From Octopus sinensis (Eukaryota), in NCBI RefSeq assembly GCF_006345805.1, contig NC_043016.1, forward strand, positions 28,272,001 to 28,336,000: 64,000 nucleotides of DNA, read 5' to 3'. A model generated the notes under the pieces. That model ran no database searches. It saw nothing but the letters and a program-made list of their open reading frames with translations, and was not told the origin of the DNA. This document shows, piece by piece, positions 25,379-39,056 of this stretch (the stretch's first letter is position 1; every line of letters begins with the position of its first letter). Position numbers and translations under genes: made by a program.

Positions 25379-25809
25379 AGACATATAAGCAATTCTTCGT
25401 CTTGAAGCTGGCTTCAGCTTTGCAGAATGCCAGCAATTGATAAGGTTTGAAGTGTTTCTGGCTCTAAAATGGAAGTAATGTTTGTGAGGTAGTTTTATCC
25501 TATATTTTATATATGGAATGTCATGGCTGGAATGCCTTTAAATCATAGAACTACTAGATCAGAATTGATCTGCTTCTGTACAAGAATAAGGTTAGATAAT
25601 AACTATTTTGAAGCACATGAACATAAGGTGGTGCTCCAGCATGACCACAAGCCAATGACTGAAACTAGTAAAGGGATAAAATAAATTACCTCTAAAAATC
25701 TTAGTTTTTTGGGAAATCTGTGTGTGTGTGTGTGTGCGCGCGTGTATGTGTATACATATGTGCTTGTGTCTGTGACTTTCCATGTGTCTGTGATTATACA
25801 TGTGAAGTA

Positions 25810-27181
25810 CGAGGTGGTATCAAAAAGTTCCCAGACTAGTTCTGCAGCATGCCAACAGATGGTAGCAAACAGTTGTATACACAGTGAGAGCTAACAGTGA
25901 CCTTCATGAGACATTGCTGTGTTTACTTTGCAATTAGTGAAATTTGTTTTTGTGATCATATGTATGCTGTAGTCTGTGATTTTATCATAGACAGGAACAA
26001 AGGACCAACATGAAATTTTTCATTAAGCTTGGGAAGTCAGCTAGAGAGATTGAGCATGCTTCAGCCAGCTTACAGTGATGAGGCAATGGATCGTGCATAA
26101 TGTTTTGAGTGGCACAGGCGCTTCAAAAGTGGAAGAATATCTCAAGAAGATGGTGAACAATATGGAAGACCTACCATGAGCATCACTCCCAGAAATGTGA
26201 TATTGTGCATCAAGAATTCGTCCCCCAGGGCCAGACCATCAATTGAGAGTTCTACTGTAACATTTTGAAGTGCTTGAGAGAGGGCATTCAGCACAAGTGA
26301 CCGAATCTGTGGAGCACAAAGGATTGGATTCTTTACTGAGCTCTTCTCACTTATGAGTTTCTCACCAAAAACATCATGATATCACTTCTGCACCTGCCCT
26401 ATTCACCAGATTTAGCACCTGTGGACTTCTATCTCTTCCCCAAGATGAAAATGCAGCTCAAACACCATTGTCAAGATCCAGGGCGAATTACAGGTCCTTG
26501 ACTCACTCATGGAAAGCAACATCCAGTCCAGATTCCAAAAGTGACAGGAACACTGGGACCAGAATATTGCTGCACAAGGTGATTATTTCGAAGGAAATGA
26601 TGTTAAAACTTAGATGAGTTATTCTTTATTAAACACTAGCAGTATCGCCTGGCGTTGCTTGGGTTTGTAAGGGAAATAACTATATAAGCATTTTTAGAGA
26701 GTTACTTCCCTTATAGATGCCAATTCGGGCTTTCTTAGCCATTTCTGTTTTGGTGTCTTCAAGCCATGAAGTCGTTGTTCTAAAAGAACGCTGGTCTCCT
26801 TGACAACGCTTTACGACGTTGATTTCCTTACATTCCCTTCCCCACAGCTTCACGAGGGAGGGAAGAAGGGGGAGAAGCAAACAGGTGCAGGTGTGACCAT
26901 GGACGCCAACTCCGCCGCCATCGACACACGAAAAATTATGCATTAAAATGGAATAAAAAATGATGTTAAATTATTTTTAAAATCGTAGACTCATCGTTGA
27001 CACGCGCTAATACTCAGACGGGCTCGATATGAATCACGACTATAAGATACCCGAATTTGGTTAAACTGCACCGCAAAATGTGGGAGTAGTTAGGAATCTG
27101 AATCGAAGGGGACAGACACTCATACAACTACAGTTTTATATATATAGATAACTAGTCTGGGAACCTTTTGATCCCACCTCG
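25810..27181 (+). mobile_element. mariner (DD34D-type) defective element carrying a Helitron
   Basis: TA-flanked TIRs CGAGGTGG.ATCAAAA.GTTCCCAGACTAGT at both ends; remnants FEWHRRFKSGR, FVPQGQTIN, PYSPDLAPVDFYLFPKMK. Confidence 0.88.
26636..27148 (-). mobile_element. Non-autonomous Helitron
   Basis: 5' TCTATATATATAAAA, 3' hairpin-like segment then CTAG, inserted between host A and T with no TSD. Confidence 0.85.
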
Positions 27182-28639
27182 TAAATGCTACATCTTCTGT
27201 GAACAAATTTTGGACTAATTTGGATTAGCTGAACAAAGCAAAAATGATTTTTAAAAAAATGAAAATACCAAGACAAAAATTTTCAACATAAGTAAATAAA
27301 ATCTATCAAATAATAAATAAACGAAGTTATTTTATTTGTAATTATAAAGTTTTTCTCTCAACTGTTTCTAATTAAAAATTTATTATAATTCACCCCGATT
27401 CTGCCGGCTCACCTCAAAGATGGTGAGCTGGCAGAATTATTTGCGCCTTGGACAAAATGCTTAAAGGCATTTCTTCTTGCTCTTTACATTCTGAGTTCAA
27501 ATCCTGCTGAGATCAAATTTGCCTCTCATTCTTTCAGGGTCAAAGATGGTGAGCTGGCAGAATTGTTAGCATGTAGGACAAAATGCTCAACAGAATTTCC
27601 TCTGGCTCTTTACATTCTGAGTTCAAATCCTGTTGAAGTCAATTTTGCCTTACATTCTTTCAGGGTCGATAAAAATGAATACCTATCAAGTACATCAGTT
27701 TTATCGACCCTGAAAGAATGTAATTAACTTACCAATGTAATTAACTTGCCTCCTCCCCTCAAAATTTCTGGCCTAGAACCAAAATTAGAAAGCATTATAA
27801 TTCACCTTTCCATTGCACTCTTTCTTAGTGAATTTAACTGTTCAGAAAGCTAATAACTTGTAAGATTTCTAAATTAATGAATTTCCAGTCCATCCATCTT
27901 CTCAACCCACTATTTCTAGTGGAGTCGTGAGGGTAGAGTCTTCAGGCACCACCTCCACAAGGTCCTACCAGAAGCAACTGACATTAAACCTCTTGGCTCA
28001 ATTATAAAACATGACCAACTGACACTATCGATATTATTCAACCATCTCATTCTTGGTCAGCCACTATGTCTCCTGCCAGTGTTGGCTTGGTTTGAAGAAT
28101 CTATCTCATGATTCTTTCCCGCAACACTCTTCTCACATGTCTGTAGTACTGAGCTATTGATAAAGAAAAAGACAAGTTGAAATTTCCAGTGAATTATTAT
28201 AAATTTCACTGACTTAACCTATTTTCCTCTCTACAAGAGTGCAACATATTTTCAATTTCTGTGGGGTTTTTTTAATGTAAAAAAATTATGCTGAGATGTA
28301 AAGAAAAAGATAAAAGAAACATGACTCACCAAATTCTAGATAACTTAATTTCCATAATCTCTAATGAATGCTGAATTGTGATTATAGCTAATAACAAAAG
28401 AAAACCCCAACCCTCTTGAATTGGTTATGTATCAAAGATAAAGAAAACTAAAACCCAATATCAGAAAAGACGTGTTAGATAACAGAATGAAAATGATAAT
28501 GTTGATAGTATAAGAGACAAAACGTTGTATATGTGAGAGGGAGGAAAGAAGATGTGTGATCATGATACGTTTATCAAAATAATCAGTGAAATATTATGTA
28601 AAAGAGATAAAAATTTAGAACCAAGCTGAAAATTCTTAT

Positions 28640-29390
28640 GTTGATAATCTTGTGCATCATTGTCATGACATGGTGCTCATGACACTCTGGGGCAAGAAAT
28701 GTCAAATATAGGGGAAATCACTACCTATGACACAATTGACAGAAACAATGCACACAGATGGACAAATAAGTTTAAAGAAGGAGAAACAGCATTGAAGACA
28801 AGTAGTGCATTGAGAGATCATTCAACAACTACTGACTGACCTGAATCTCCAGTGAGTAGATGAAGTGAATTGCTCAGCTAGACAAGTCACAATCCATGAA
28901 TTTACTGCACAATCAAACTGTGATACTTTAGGTACTGGAAAGTGTGTGCAAAGTGGATTCTCTGATAACTGATACCCAATTTGAAGGAGAGGACTGGAAG
29001 CATATTCTGATCAGCTGGAAGAATTTGAAAGCCAATGAAGACACATTCTTCTGATCTGGTGACAGAATGAAACAAGAATGTACATTTATGACCTAGAAAT
29101 GCAAGATCATAACTTCTTAGGCCTTGAATAAAGGTGTGACAGCAATCATGCCACACCTCTCTTCAAAGTATAATATGTTCAAAAGCCAGCAACCAGCATA
29201 GAAGGTCATAGTGACTGTTTTGCAGGGTTGGCTAGCAAGGCCATCATTCTTCTTGAGTTTTTGGGACATAGCTATATGATGAACAGCAAGCAGTACATTG
29301 AGATATTTAAAAATCTTAGGGAACCCATAAGAAGGTAGAGACTGAACAAGAATCTAAAAACAATCCACATTCACTATAAAAATGTAAAAC
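28640..29390 (+). mobile_element. Highly degenerate mariner remnant
   Basis: Fragments RWTNKFKEGE, KVCAKWI, KVIVTVF with many stops. Confidence 0.5.
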
Positions 29391-30059
29391 CACATGTATC
29401 TTTCTAGATAACTTAAACAGATAAAATTTCCATAATCTCTATTGAATGCTGAATTTTGATTATAGCTAACAACAAAAATAAAACCCCAACCCTCTTGAAT
29501 TGGTTATGTATCAAAGGTAAAGAAAACTAAAAACCTAACACATACAATTTGAATAGCCTATGTCAGTTAGTAAAAAAGTAATGAATTACCTTTGGTACAA
29601 CCCTTATAAGGGTATTCTATATGTAAGTACTGTACAAATCAAGAGTACACACACACACACTATATATATAAATATATATTCTTTTATTTGTTTCAAGCAT
29701 TTGACTGTGGCCATGCTGGAGCACCACCTTGAAGGATTTTAGTTGAACAAATCGACCCGAGAACTTATTTTTTAAGCCTAGTACTTATTCTATCAGTCTC
29801 TTTTGGCAAACCAGTACATTACAGGGATGTAAACACACTAACACTGGTTGTCTAGCAGTGATGAGGGGGAGACAATTACACACACACATACACATATATA
29901 TATATAATATACAATGGGTTTCTTTCAGTTTCTGTCTATCAAATCCATTCACAAGGCTTTTGTCAGCCCAAGGTTATAGCAGAAGACACTTGCCCAAAGT
30001 AACATGCAGTGGTTGGGAAGCAAACTTCTTACCACACAACCACACCTACTCCTGCTCAC

Positions 30060-30158
30060 ATACATACATGCATGCATGCATGCATGCATACATACATACA
30101 TACATACATACATACATACATACATACATACATACATACATACATACATACATACATA
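30060..30158. repeat. (TACA)n/(TGCA)n microsatellite
   Basis: Direct reading. Confidence 0.95.
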
Positions 30159-30843
30159 ATCATAAATAACAAGAGAAATATACTATGATAAAATTTATTT
30201 TACCATTCTTTCTCTTTTACTTGTTTTAATCATTTGACTGCGGTCATACTGGAGCACCACCTTTAGTTGAGCAAATTGATCCTAGTACTTATTCTTTGTA
30301 AGCCTAGTACTTATTCTATGAGTTTCTTTTGCCGAACCGCTAAGCTACGGGGACGTAAACACACCACCATCGGTTGTCAAGCAATGTTGGAGGGACAAAC
30401 ATATACACATACATACATATTTATATATATACATATATACGACAGGCTTCTTTCAGTTTCCATCTACCAAATCCACTCACAAGGTTTTGGTCAGCCTGAG
30501 GCTATAGTAGAAGACATTTGCCCAAGGGGCCATGCAGTGGGAATGAACCCAGAACCATGTGGCTGGTAAGCAAGCTACTTACTACACAGCCATACCTAAC
30601 AACTGTTTCACAGCTTAATAAACATGTATAGATAATTCATTTTCTTATACTTTATAAGTAATAAATTACTTACCTGGCTGCACTAATAAATATATAAATA
30701 TATAATATACAATCTTAAAATTAATGCAAATATTAAGCTAGCTCTTCAGGTAAGAATAAAACCACGCTAAAAATAATACCTTAACATAATGTTTTCAAAA
30801 ATGCAGAGTCAATTTTTAAAAAAAACCTTTTATTCTATTTTCT

Positions 30844-30881
<38 letters not shown>

Positions 30882-33240
30882 GTATAGTAGTGAAACATGG
30901 ACAATGAATGTAGAGGACTACATATGGGGTGAGTAAGATATGTGATGGTATCAAGGGATCTTGTCATGTGAATTATTTGGTGATCTCACTATTGCTGGTG
31001 CAACAGAAAAATACAAAGTACACCTGTAAAGTTTTTGGTGTTAGGAAGGGCCTATAACTGTAGAAACATTGCCAAACCAGACACTAGAGATCAATGCAGT
31101 CCTCTGGCTTGAAGGATCATGTCAAACCATCCAACCCATGCCAAAATGGACCATGGAAATAATGAAGGCGATGATATACACATCTACATTCTACCCACAC
31201 ACACAAACAAACAAACAATTATGGAGATATGTGGCTGCAGGGTTAAGATGCTTCCATCCTAACTACATGGTTTGGGTTTCAATTCCATTGTGTGGCACTT
31301 TGGGAAACTCTATCCTTGAGCTACCAAAGCTTTGTGGGTGGACTTGGTAGGCAGAAACTGAAATAGTCCGATCATACGTACATATGTATGTCTGTCTGTT
31401 TGTATGTGTATGTTTTCTGCGAAAACAAATTCAGCCATGAGGGAATATTACCTCACTTGGAAACAGGTGAGAGTTGGAAGCAGGAAGGACAACTGGCTGT
31501 TGAGAATCAACCTCAATAAACTCCAACTGACCCATGCAAGCTTGGAAAAGTGGACATTAAAACAACAATGATGATATACATACACTTCTCTCTCTCTTTA
31601 CATATATATATATATGAGGAGACCTATTGAGTCAAGTACGTCAACACCAACATCAAAATAGTTGTGATACCTGTGCCGGTGACACATAAAAAGCACCATC
31701 CGAACGTGGTCGATACCAGACAGAGCGCTGCCTTGACTGGCTTCTGTGCCGGTGGCACGTAAAAAGCACCAACCGATTGTGGCCACTGCCAGCCTCCTCT
31801 GGCCCCTATGCCAGTGGCACGTAAAAAGCACCCACTACACTCACAGAGTGGTTGGTGTTAGGAAGGGCATCAAGCTGTAGGAACACTGCCAGATCAGACT
31901 GAAGCCTGGTGCAGCCTCCTGGCTTCCCAGACCCCGGTCGATCCGTCCAACCCATGCTAGCATGGAAAACGGACGTTAAACGATGATGATAATGATGATG
32001 ATGATATATTCTATATAAATGAGAGTGCATGTGTGTATAGCCCTGAAAGGCTTTGAAATGGTGTATCCTTGAGAAAAACGGATTTGATTTTTGAAATCTG
32101 CATCTCAAAGAGAAGGATTTTCAGTAAATAATAATTTAAAAAATCATGCTTGTGTAGACCTGTCAAGCCAAGTGAAATAGTAGTCATGGCTGATGCTGGT
32201 GCCACATCAATGTCACCTGTACTGGCGGCATGTAAAAAGCACCCACTACACTCTGAAAACTGGTAAGCCAGGGAGCTGCACCAGGTTCCAATCTGATTTG
32301 GCATGGTTTCTATGGCTGGATGGCCTTCCTAATGACCCTCCCAAGAATAGCAGGCAAAGAAGATGGCTGGATGGATTGAAGAAAATATTTAATTTCTAAA
32401 GATGATGATGTTCATAGTTTTAAATTTTTACTTTTTAAATCTTTGCTATAAAGGAAAATATAAATTATTGTGAAAGAGTCAGAATTATTCATGTGTTATT
32501 GTTGCTTCCAGTAACACTTAGTACTGTTAAAGGCAAAGAAACCAGAACTGCAAACTGAATTGCAAACAACAATATGGTGTCACCTACATGGTTACTCACA
32601 TAATAGAAGATTGGATGGGAGTGACCAGGGAGATGCTGAAAACAACTATTGAAGATTAAAACAAAGGAATATATTTAATAGATTGACTCAAAAATAGAGT
32701 GAATAAATATTTTAACCCTTTGCCTGCCAAAAACATTTTCATAAGTTTTGTCCTAAACATGCATGCTTTTCTGCAGACTTCTAGTTAGCTCTTGTTTCAT
32801 ACATTCTGAGTAATAGAAATCTTCCCTTTCATGAGTCCCATGTTACTCTGGTGGATGAAATAAAAATCAAGAGAGTGTATCGTATATGATGCACAGAGAA
32901 ATATGTCCTGTGTATCATATGTGATACAAAAGTCAGGCAAAGGATCTTTTAATATATTAGTTGAGCTGTTTGCATTAAGATTTATAAAATTTCTTTTATT
33001 ACACATCAAACATCAGAGTTGAGACATTCTTTTCTACATTAACAAAAAAAAAAAAAGCAAAGAACTGCAACTTAATTTTTAGTTTCTTTTTATTAGTAGA
33101 CTAAATTCAATAGAAATTGTATTAAAGAACAGTTTTACAATAACTTCAAGATTATATTACAATTATTAGATTTTCATCTTTACAAAAGACATAGATTTAT
33201 TCTTGCAGTTAAGATTTAAAACCTGAGTTCATGGCAATGG

Positions 33241-33444
33241 TTATTTTTCTTTCTCCAAATTGAATGCTTTTTTCATTTCTAAACGTTTATTGGTTTTGCT
33301 TTTCTTTTTAGCTAATTTAACAGCAGATTCTGCTTTATTACGTTCTGAGAAGCTGTCCTTTCCATGTAAGAAAACATCCAGCTTTTGTTTCATTATTTCA
33401 CGAGCTTGTTTTCTGTTAACTTCCAATGATCTACTCACATGACA
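33241..33444 (-). CDS. MTRFR: MTRFR/C12orf65 coding exon 2 with stop
   Basis: ttttcag acceptor; CHVSRSLEVNRKQAREIMKQKLDVFLHG...Lys-rich tail, TAA at 33241-33243; continues the C12orf65 pattern VVK-CH..RS...NR..AR. Total 201 aa. Confidence 0.92.
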   Translation of the reverse strand, partial: CHVSRSLEVNRKQAREIMKQKLDVFLHGKDSFSERNKAESAVKLAKKKSKTNKRLEMKKAFNLEKEK

Positions 33445-33865
33445 CTGAAAACAGAAAATGTATTTCTGTCAACAAACAGGAATAGTTTTCTTTAACATCA
33501 AGAAACATTATACATACATATATACATATATATATCATCATCATTCATTTAGCGTCCGTTTTCCATGCTAGCATGGGTTGGACGGTTCAACTGGGGTCTG
33601 GGGAGCCCGAAGGCTGCACCAGGCCAGTCAGATTTGGCAGTGTTTCTACAGCTGGATGCCCTTCCTAACGCCAACCACTCCGAGAGTGTAGTGGGTGATT
33701 TTATGTGCCACCGACACAGGTGCCAGACGAGGCTGGCGAACGGCCACGCTCGGATGGTGTTTTTTTATGTGCCACCGACACAGGTGCCAGACGAGGCTGG
33801 CAGACGGCCATGCTCGGATGGTGTTTTTATGTGCCACCGACACAGGTGCCAGATGAGGCTGGCGA

Positions 33866-33896
<31 letters not shown>

Positions 33897-36184
33897 TTCA
33901 TATGAAGAGAATAGCTACTTATTTCTCTGGAATTGATCAAGTGATGTAGGCACCTCAGATGCAACCCCAATAAAGGTTAAAAATTGATAAAGCTGTTCAC
34001 CAGAAATAGGTAAAGTTGATATGTTTGTATGTCTATGACATAGATTTACATATATTATATCATCATCATCATCGTTTCAACATCCATGCTTACATGGATC
34101 AAATGAAGCATTTTGAAGCAAATTTCCTATGGTTGGATTCTCTTCATGTTGCCAACCCTTACCTATTATCAACAAGGTAACAGGGTAATATTTTCCCTAG
34201 TCCTTTGAATATGAACAGCACAGTGGCTGGGTATGCTTCCATGGAAGTTTGCAATTGAACGACACTACTTGTATTATGGTGATATTTGTTTACAGTTAGT
34301 AACCAATGTCAAGACAAGAAAACACAAACAAACACACATGCACATATGACTCAAACTATCAAACCTGTTCACAAAGCTTTGGCCAAACCACAGTCATAAT
34401 AGAAGATACTTGCCTAAGGTTTCATGCAAGGGGACTGAGTCTGAAATTACGTGGTTCAGAAGCAAACTTTTTAATCACATAGCCATGCCTCTGTGTGCGC
34501 GCATGCATATGTAAGTGTGTGTGTGTGTGGTTTTTGTGTGTGTGTGTGTATGTATGTGAGTATCTATGGATAGATGCATGCATGCATGTATGTTATGCTG
34601 AGTTGCTCTAAGTGTTACTGGTAACATGTAACCAAGAACAAGTCACATGATTGGGCCATTGGTAACTAAACTGAACTGTACCAAGCCTGCTTGGTAAAGA
34701 GTAAGGTGTATTGTTGGACATCCTGTAGGACAAAAAAAAACAAAATTTGTCAAAGGATGGACAAACCCAGTGGTACCAATGGTTATCAAACAGCCAGAAG
34801 TTAGAGAAATGCATTGGGACTGAACCTAAAATTATGTGGTTGGGAAGCAAACTTCTTACCACTCAGCCATGCCTGCACCTGACGTCCACTTCTATATGGG
34901 CTGTACTGAGCCAGTTCTTATTTGGAGTTAGTTCTCTTCAGTATGGTTGGAAGACCACGTCTTGCTGAAATGCTTTCTTTCAGTATGGTTTTTATGTATG
35001 GATACCCTTCCTAATACCAGCTACTTTCAGAATGTACTTGGTGTATTTAACTTTTATTTAATAGGTTGCTATATTCTTGACATGATAAGACTAAAGAGTC
35101 CTCTTGGCCCTATGATGTCTCTGCTCATTCACAATCACTTGAACCGAGCAACTCCTACGCAGGGGATTTTTAGGGGGCTGTACCTCTGAAAAACCTAAAC
35201 CTTGTGTATAATACACACCCCTTCTCTAACTTGAGTCAAGGAGGTCTATATAACGTCCTTCGTTTGTAAAAATGTATTCGGTAATGTCCTTTATTATTAT
35301 TGTATATATAACATAATGCAAACGTGTAGCTTTTTTGTGTATTTTGTTTGCAGAAAATAAAGAAATAGCAGTAATAATGTTAAATAAATGTTGCTTACTG
35401 CAAGTTATGGATGATTCTTTTATGACTTCATTGCTTTCAGGCTTAGCTTAAGGTATTTTCATGCCCTATATCACAAAATGCGTCTGAATAAACATTGCCG
35501 GACAGCAAATAGAGACTTGGACATTGCTTAGAAAATAATTTTCATTTTTAACCTCGTATATAGTACGCACTAGGGATTTTGACCTTTAAATTTTGGGGAA
35601 AAAATGTGGATTATACTTAAGGATTTACAGTAGTTATAGATGTTAAACACTAATCAATGCGATTAACTTAACTGAGAGCTGCCACAATATCCACCCGGAT
35701 AATATATCCCTCTAAACTCACACACACATACAAACATCATAAATATAAATAGATAACATGCCTATATATGTATATCTTCTATCTTTCACTTTTTCCCTTA
35801 TTTCAGTTATTGGACTGTGGCCAAGATGGAGCACTTCCTTGAAGGGTTTAGTTGGACAAATTGATCTCAGTACTTATTCTTTAAGCTTGATACTTATTCT
35901 ATTGATTTCTTTTGCCAAACTTCCAAATTAGTTGTTAAGGAGTGGGGTGGACAAACACGAAAATACACAGATAGCTATATACAGATATATATACATTTAT
36001 ATATACATATATGCATGCATGCATACATACACAGATAGCAATATACAGATATATATATATTTATGTATATATATGCATACATGCATGCATACATACATAC
36101 ATAATACATACATACATACATACATACACAGATAGCTATATACAGATATATATATTTATGTATATGCATGCATACATATACATA

Positions 36185-36964
36185 AATCAGTTTGAGGAGT
36201 TAGGTGGCCAGATGTTAGGTGTGATGTAGTCTGACAGCCATGACTGAGTTCTGCTTGTGTGGCATGGTGCAGAGTCCTGTTGCCAGACATAAGGTCTTCC
36301 AGCTGCCACTTTCTTGAACCAGGGCAGCACTACCAACTCCAGGCACTTGATGTAGGCCATATGTGGGAAGATGAATGGAGGCATAACGTTACCATCACTA
36401 GTGATCACTCCAAACACCATGATGTTGACTGGATGTTTGATATTTATCACTCTCGGTACATGTTTTGGGGATACAGCAAGCCAACACTTATTGTGTGTTC
36501 ATCTGATCTTAGCAGAAAGTTTTCTCATCTGAGAAAAACCAAAGCATGTTCAATGGACCTCAGTGACTTGGAGGGATTGTTGTCAATCATGGCCTGGATC
36601 TCACCGACAAATTCAGGAGTTCTTTTGTCATCAGAATGATTAGAGTGAGTTTTCCTAGCTGCCATACCTTTGTAATCACCATTAGACCTATCCAACCCTT
36701 TCTGAATCCTCTGCACTGTCCTTAGATTGACACCCAAACATTCTGAAATGTTCATATTGGAGATTCTGGCTTAAATGCCAAGCAGTACAGCATGACATTT
36801 CCAAGTTTCTGGCAGAGTGAAATTGCACCACGGTGCTGTTTTTCTCACAGACAGTGCCCAACTGACCTTACTATACTGTGTAGTTGACAAAATCAGAAAC
36901 AAACAATGCGCATGCACGAAGTTAAAAACATAAAATGGCGACAATTTAACCTTTGCAACCTCTA
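36185..36964 (-). mobile_element. Second maT copy with a different internal deletion
   Basis: Near-identical N-terminal region to the 13.6-kb copy plus IMVFGVITSDG...WQQDSAPCH...IWPPNS catalytic segment; left end truncated. Confidence 0.85.
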
Positions 36965-37869
36965 TGTATGCTTATATATATATATATATAGAATAGATTT
37001 TTTAGATTCTGTCTTTAAAAATCACTTATAAGGCTTCGGTTGGTCTAGAGCTATAGTAGAAGACTCCAAGTGTCTTCTACTGTAGCTATGAGATTGGGAA
37101 GTGCACTTCTTACCACATAGCCACACCACATTTACAGGAGGTGCAGGCATAGCTGTCTAGTTAAAATGTATGTTTCACAACCATGCAGTTTTGTGTTCCA
37201 TCCCATAGACTAGTACCTGTAGCAAGTGCATTCAACCATAGCCCCAGGCCAACTAATGCCTTACAAATGAAACTAGGCATTTGATTTATGGAAACTGTAC
37301 AGAAGCCCACTGTGTGTGGGTGTGCATGTATGTGTACTTGTGTGTCTGTATATATTTGCCCATTGTTTTGGCAACAGTGAAATTTGTTAATGTCAAGTGT
37401 AAACAATATATCTTGCAGTCCAGAAGACGAATATGTGAAGACCTGTAGAATTAAGTACCTCACTGCGAAACAAGTAAACATCTGGAAGAGTATCTGACTG
37501 CAGAATACTACTATAAGATGTTTTGTACTATCCATGCCAGCATAGAAGATCAGATGGTGTATCTGTATCTGAGATGACAATGACAATAACGATGATACTT
37601 TTGTGTGTGTGTGTGTGTGTAGGGGGGGGTGCACTTGTGCTTATGTATATGTATATAATAGTCTCAGGTTAAGGTAGACTATTATTTAATTAACCTCATT
37701 CTACAGTGAAATAATTGGTGAGTTTATCGGTAACAAATAGTAATTAGTAAACCAGTTTTCAAGTTCTGAAGAGTTAGGTTTCCTAGTCTGGGAAAATGTT
37801 GATAAATGTAACAAAGGAAAGGATTAGTAAAAGTGGATGGATTAAAAATCAAACAATTAAATCATTTAC

Positions 37870-38271
37870 CTTGACAACTATACCAGTTGGTATATGTTTA
37901 ATAACACAACAGTTTGCTGTTTTATTAACTGCTTGTCCACCTGGTCCGGTACCTCGTGCAAAACTCTCTTCTAGCTCATCTTCTTTAATTTCAGGAAATT
38001 GATATGACTTAGATGATATTGGTGTAATAAACATTGTGGTACAAATAATATTAGTTCCATAACGAGATAATTTAAAGTTATGGTAATTATACTTGATATA
38101 GTAATATTTTGATAATAAGGAATTTATAACAGGAGCAGAAGAAGAACAGCTTAAATTTCTTTTAAAGTTAGAAGTTTGTTGACAGCAAAATGCAATATTA
38201 AAATGTAGTTTAGAATGAAAGAGTCCAAATCTATTTAGTATGTGATTGAAAGAGTTGTGAATGAATGCCAT
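37870..38271 (-). CDS. MTRFR: MTRFR/C12orf65 mitochondrial translation release factor in rescue, coding exon 1
   Basis: ATG at 38271 downstream of a ctttcag acceptor (38293-38295); encodes [36 protein letters not shown] (GGQ release-factor motif); GTAAAT donor, phase 0. Confidence 0.93.
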
Positions 38272-39015
38272 ATAGTAATTTTGGTTATATTTCTGAAAGT
38301 ACACAAAATATTTTTTATATAAATATTAAGAAAAAAAAAATGTTTTTATGAGTAGTATACGTAAAGAAAAACAATGTCTGATAGTAGCAGTTTGTCAAGT
38401 TGTTTGCAAGAAGAGTTATTGGATAAAAGAAAGGAATAAGTTGGAGAAAAATTACTGTTTCAAAATCCAATTGTTGGATATCTTTAGCAAAAATCAGAAA
38501 TGATGAATGCTGTATGATAGAACTAGTTGCATAGGTTTGTGACAAGAGGCTAATCTGGTTAAATATATAGTAAAGGAAAAGTTTGTGGATATGACTGTTA
38601 TAACTGCTTTATTATAAAACTGTTAATTCCTTTACATCTTCTGGTGGAGCCACACAGGTATAGCAGCTGGCAATGTATGTGTGTGTATGTGTTTGCATGT
38701 GGCTTAGTGGTTATGGTATTCGGCTCCTGATCATAAGGTTGTGAGTTCAATTCCCAGCGATGCATTGTGTCCTTGAGCAAGACACTTTATTTCATGTTGC
38801 TCCAATCCAGTCCAGTCAGCTGGCAAAAATGAGTAGTACCTGTATTTCAAAGGGCCAGCCATGACACATTCTGCATCTTGCTGAATCTCTATGAGAACTA
38901 TATTAAGGGTACATGTGTCTGTGGAGTGCTCATCCACTTGCAGGTTAATTTCAAAAGCAGGCTGTTCTATTCATCAGATCAACTGGAACCTTTGTTTTCA
39001 TAACCAATGGAGTCC

Positions 39016-39056
<41 letters not shown>

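Noticed and set aside
28330-29545. Direct repeats of about 130 bp flanking a mariner remnant, read as LTRs or a large TSD
   Set aside because: The two copies are diverged, lack TG...CA ends, and look like fragments of a dispersed repeat; the same holds for 61670-61880 versus 62400-62580.
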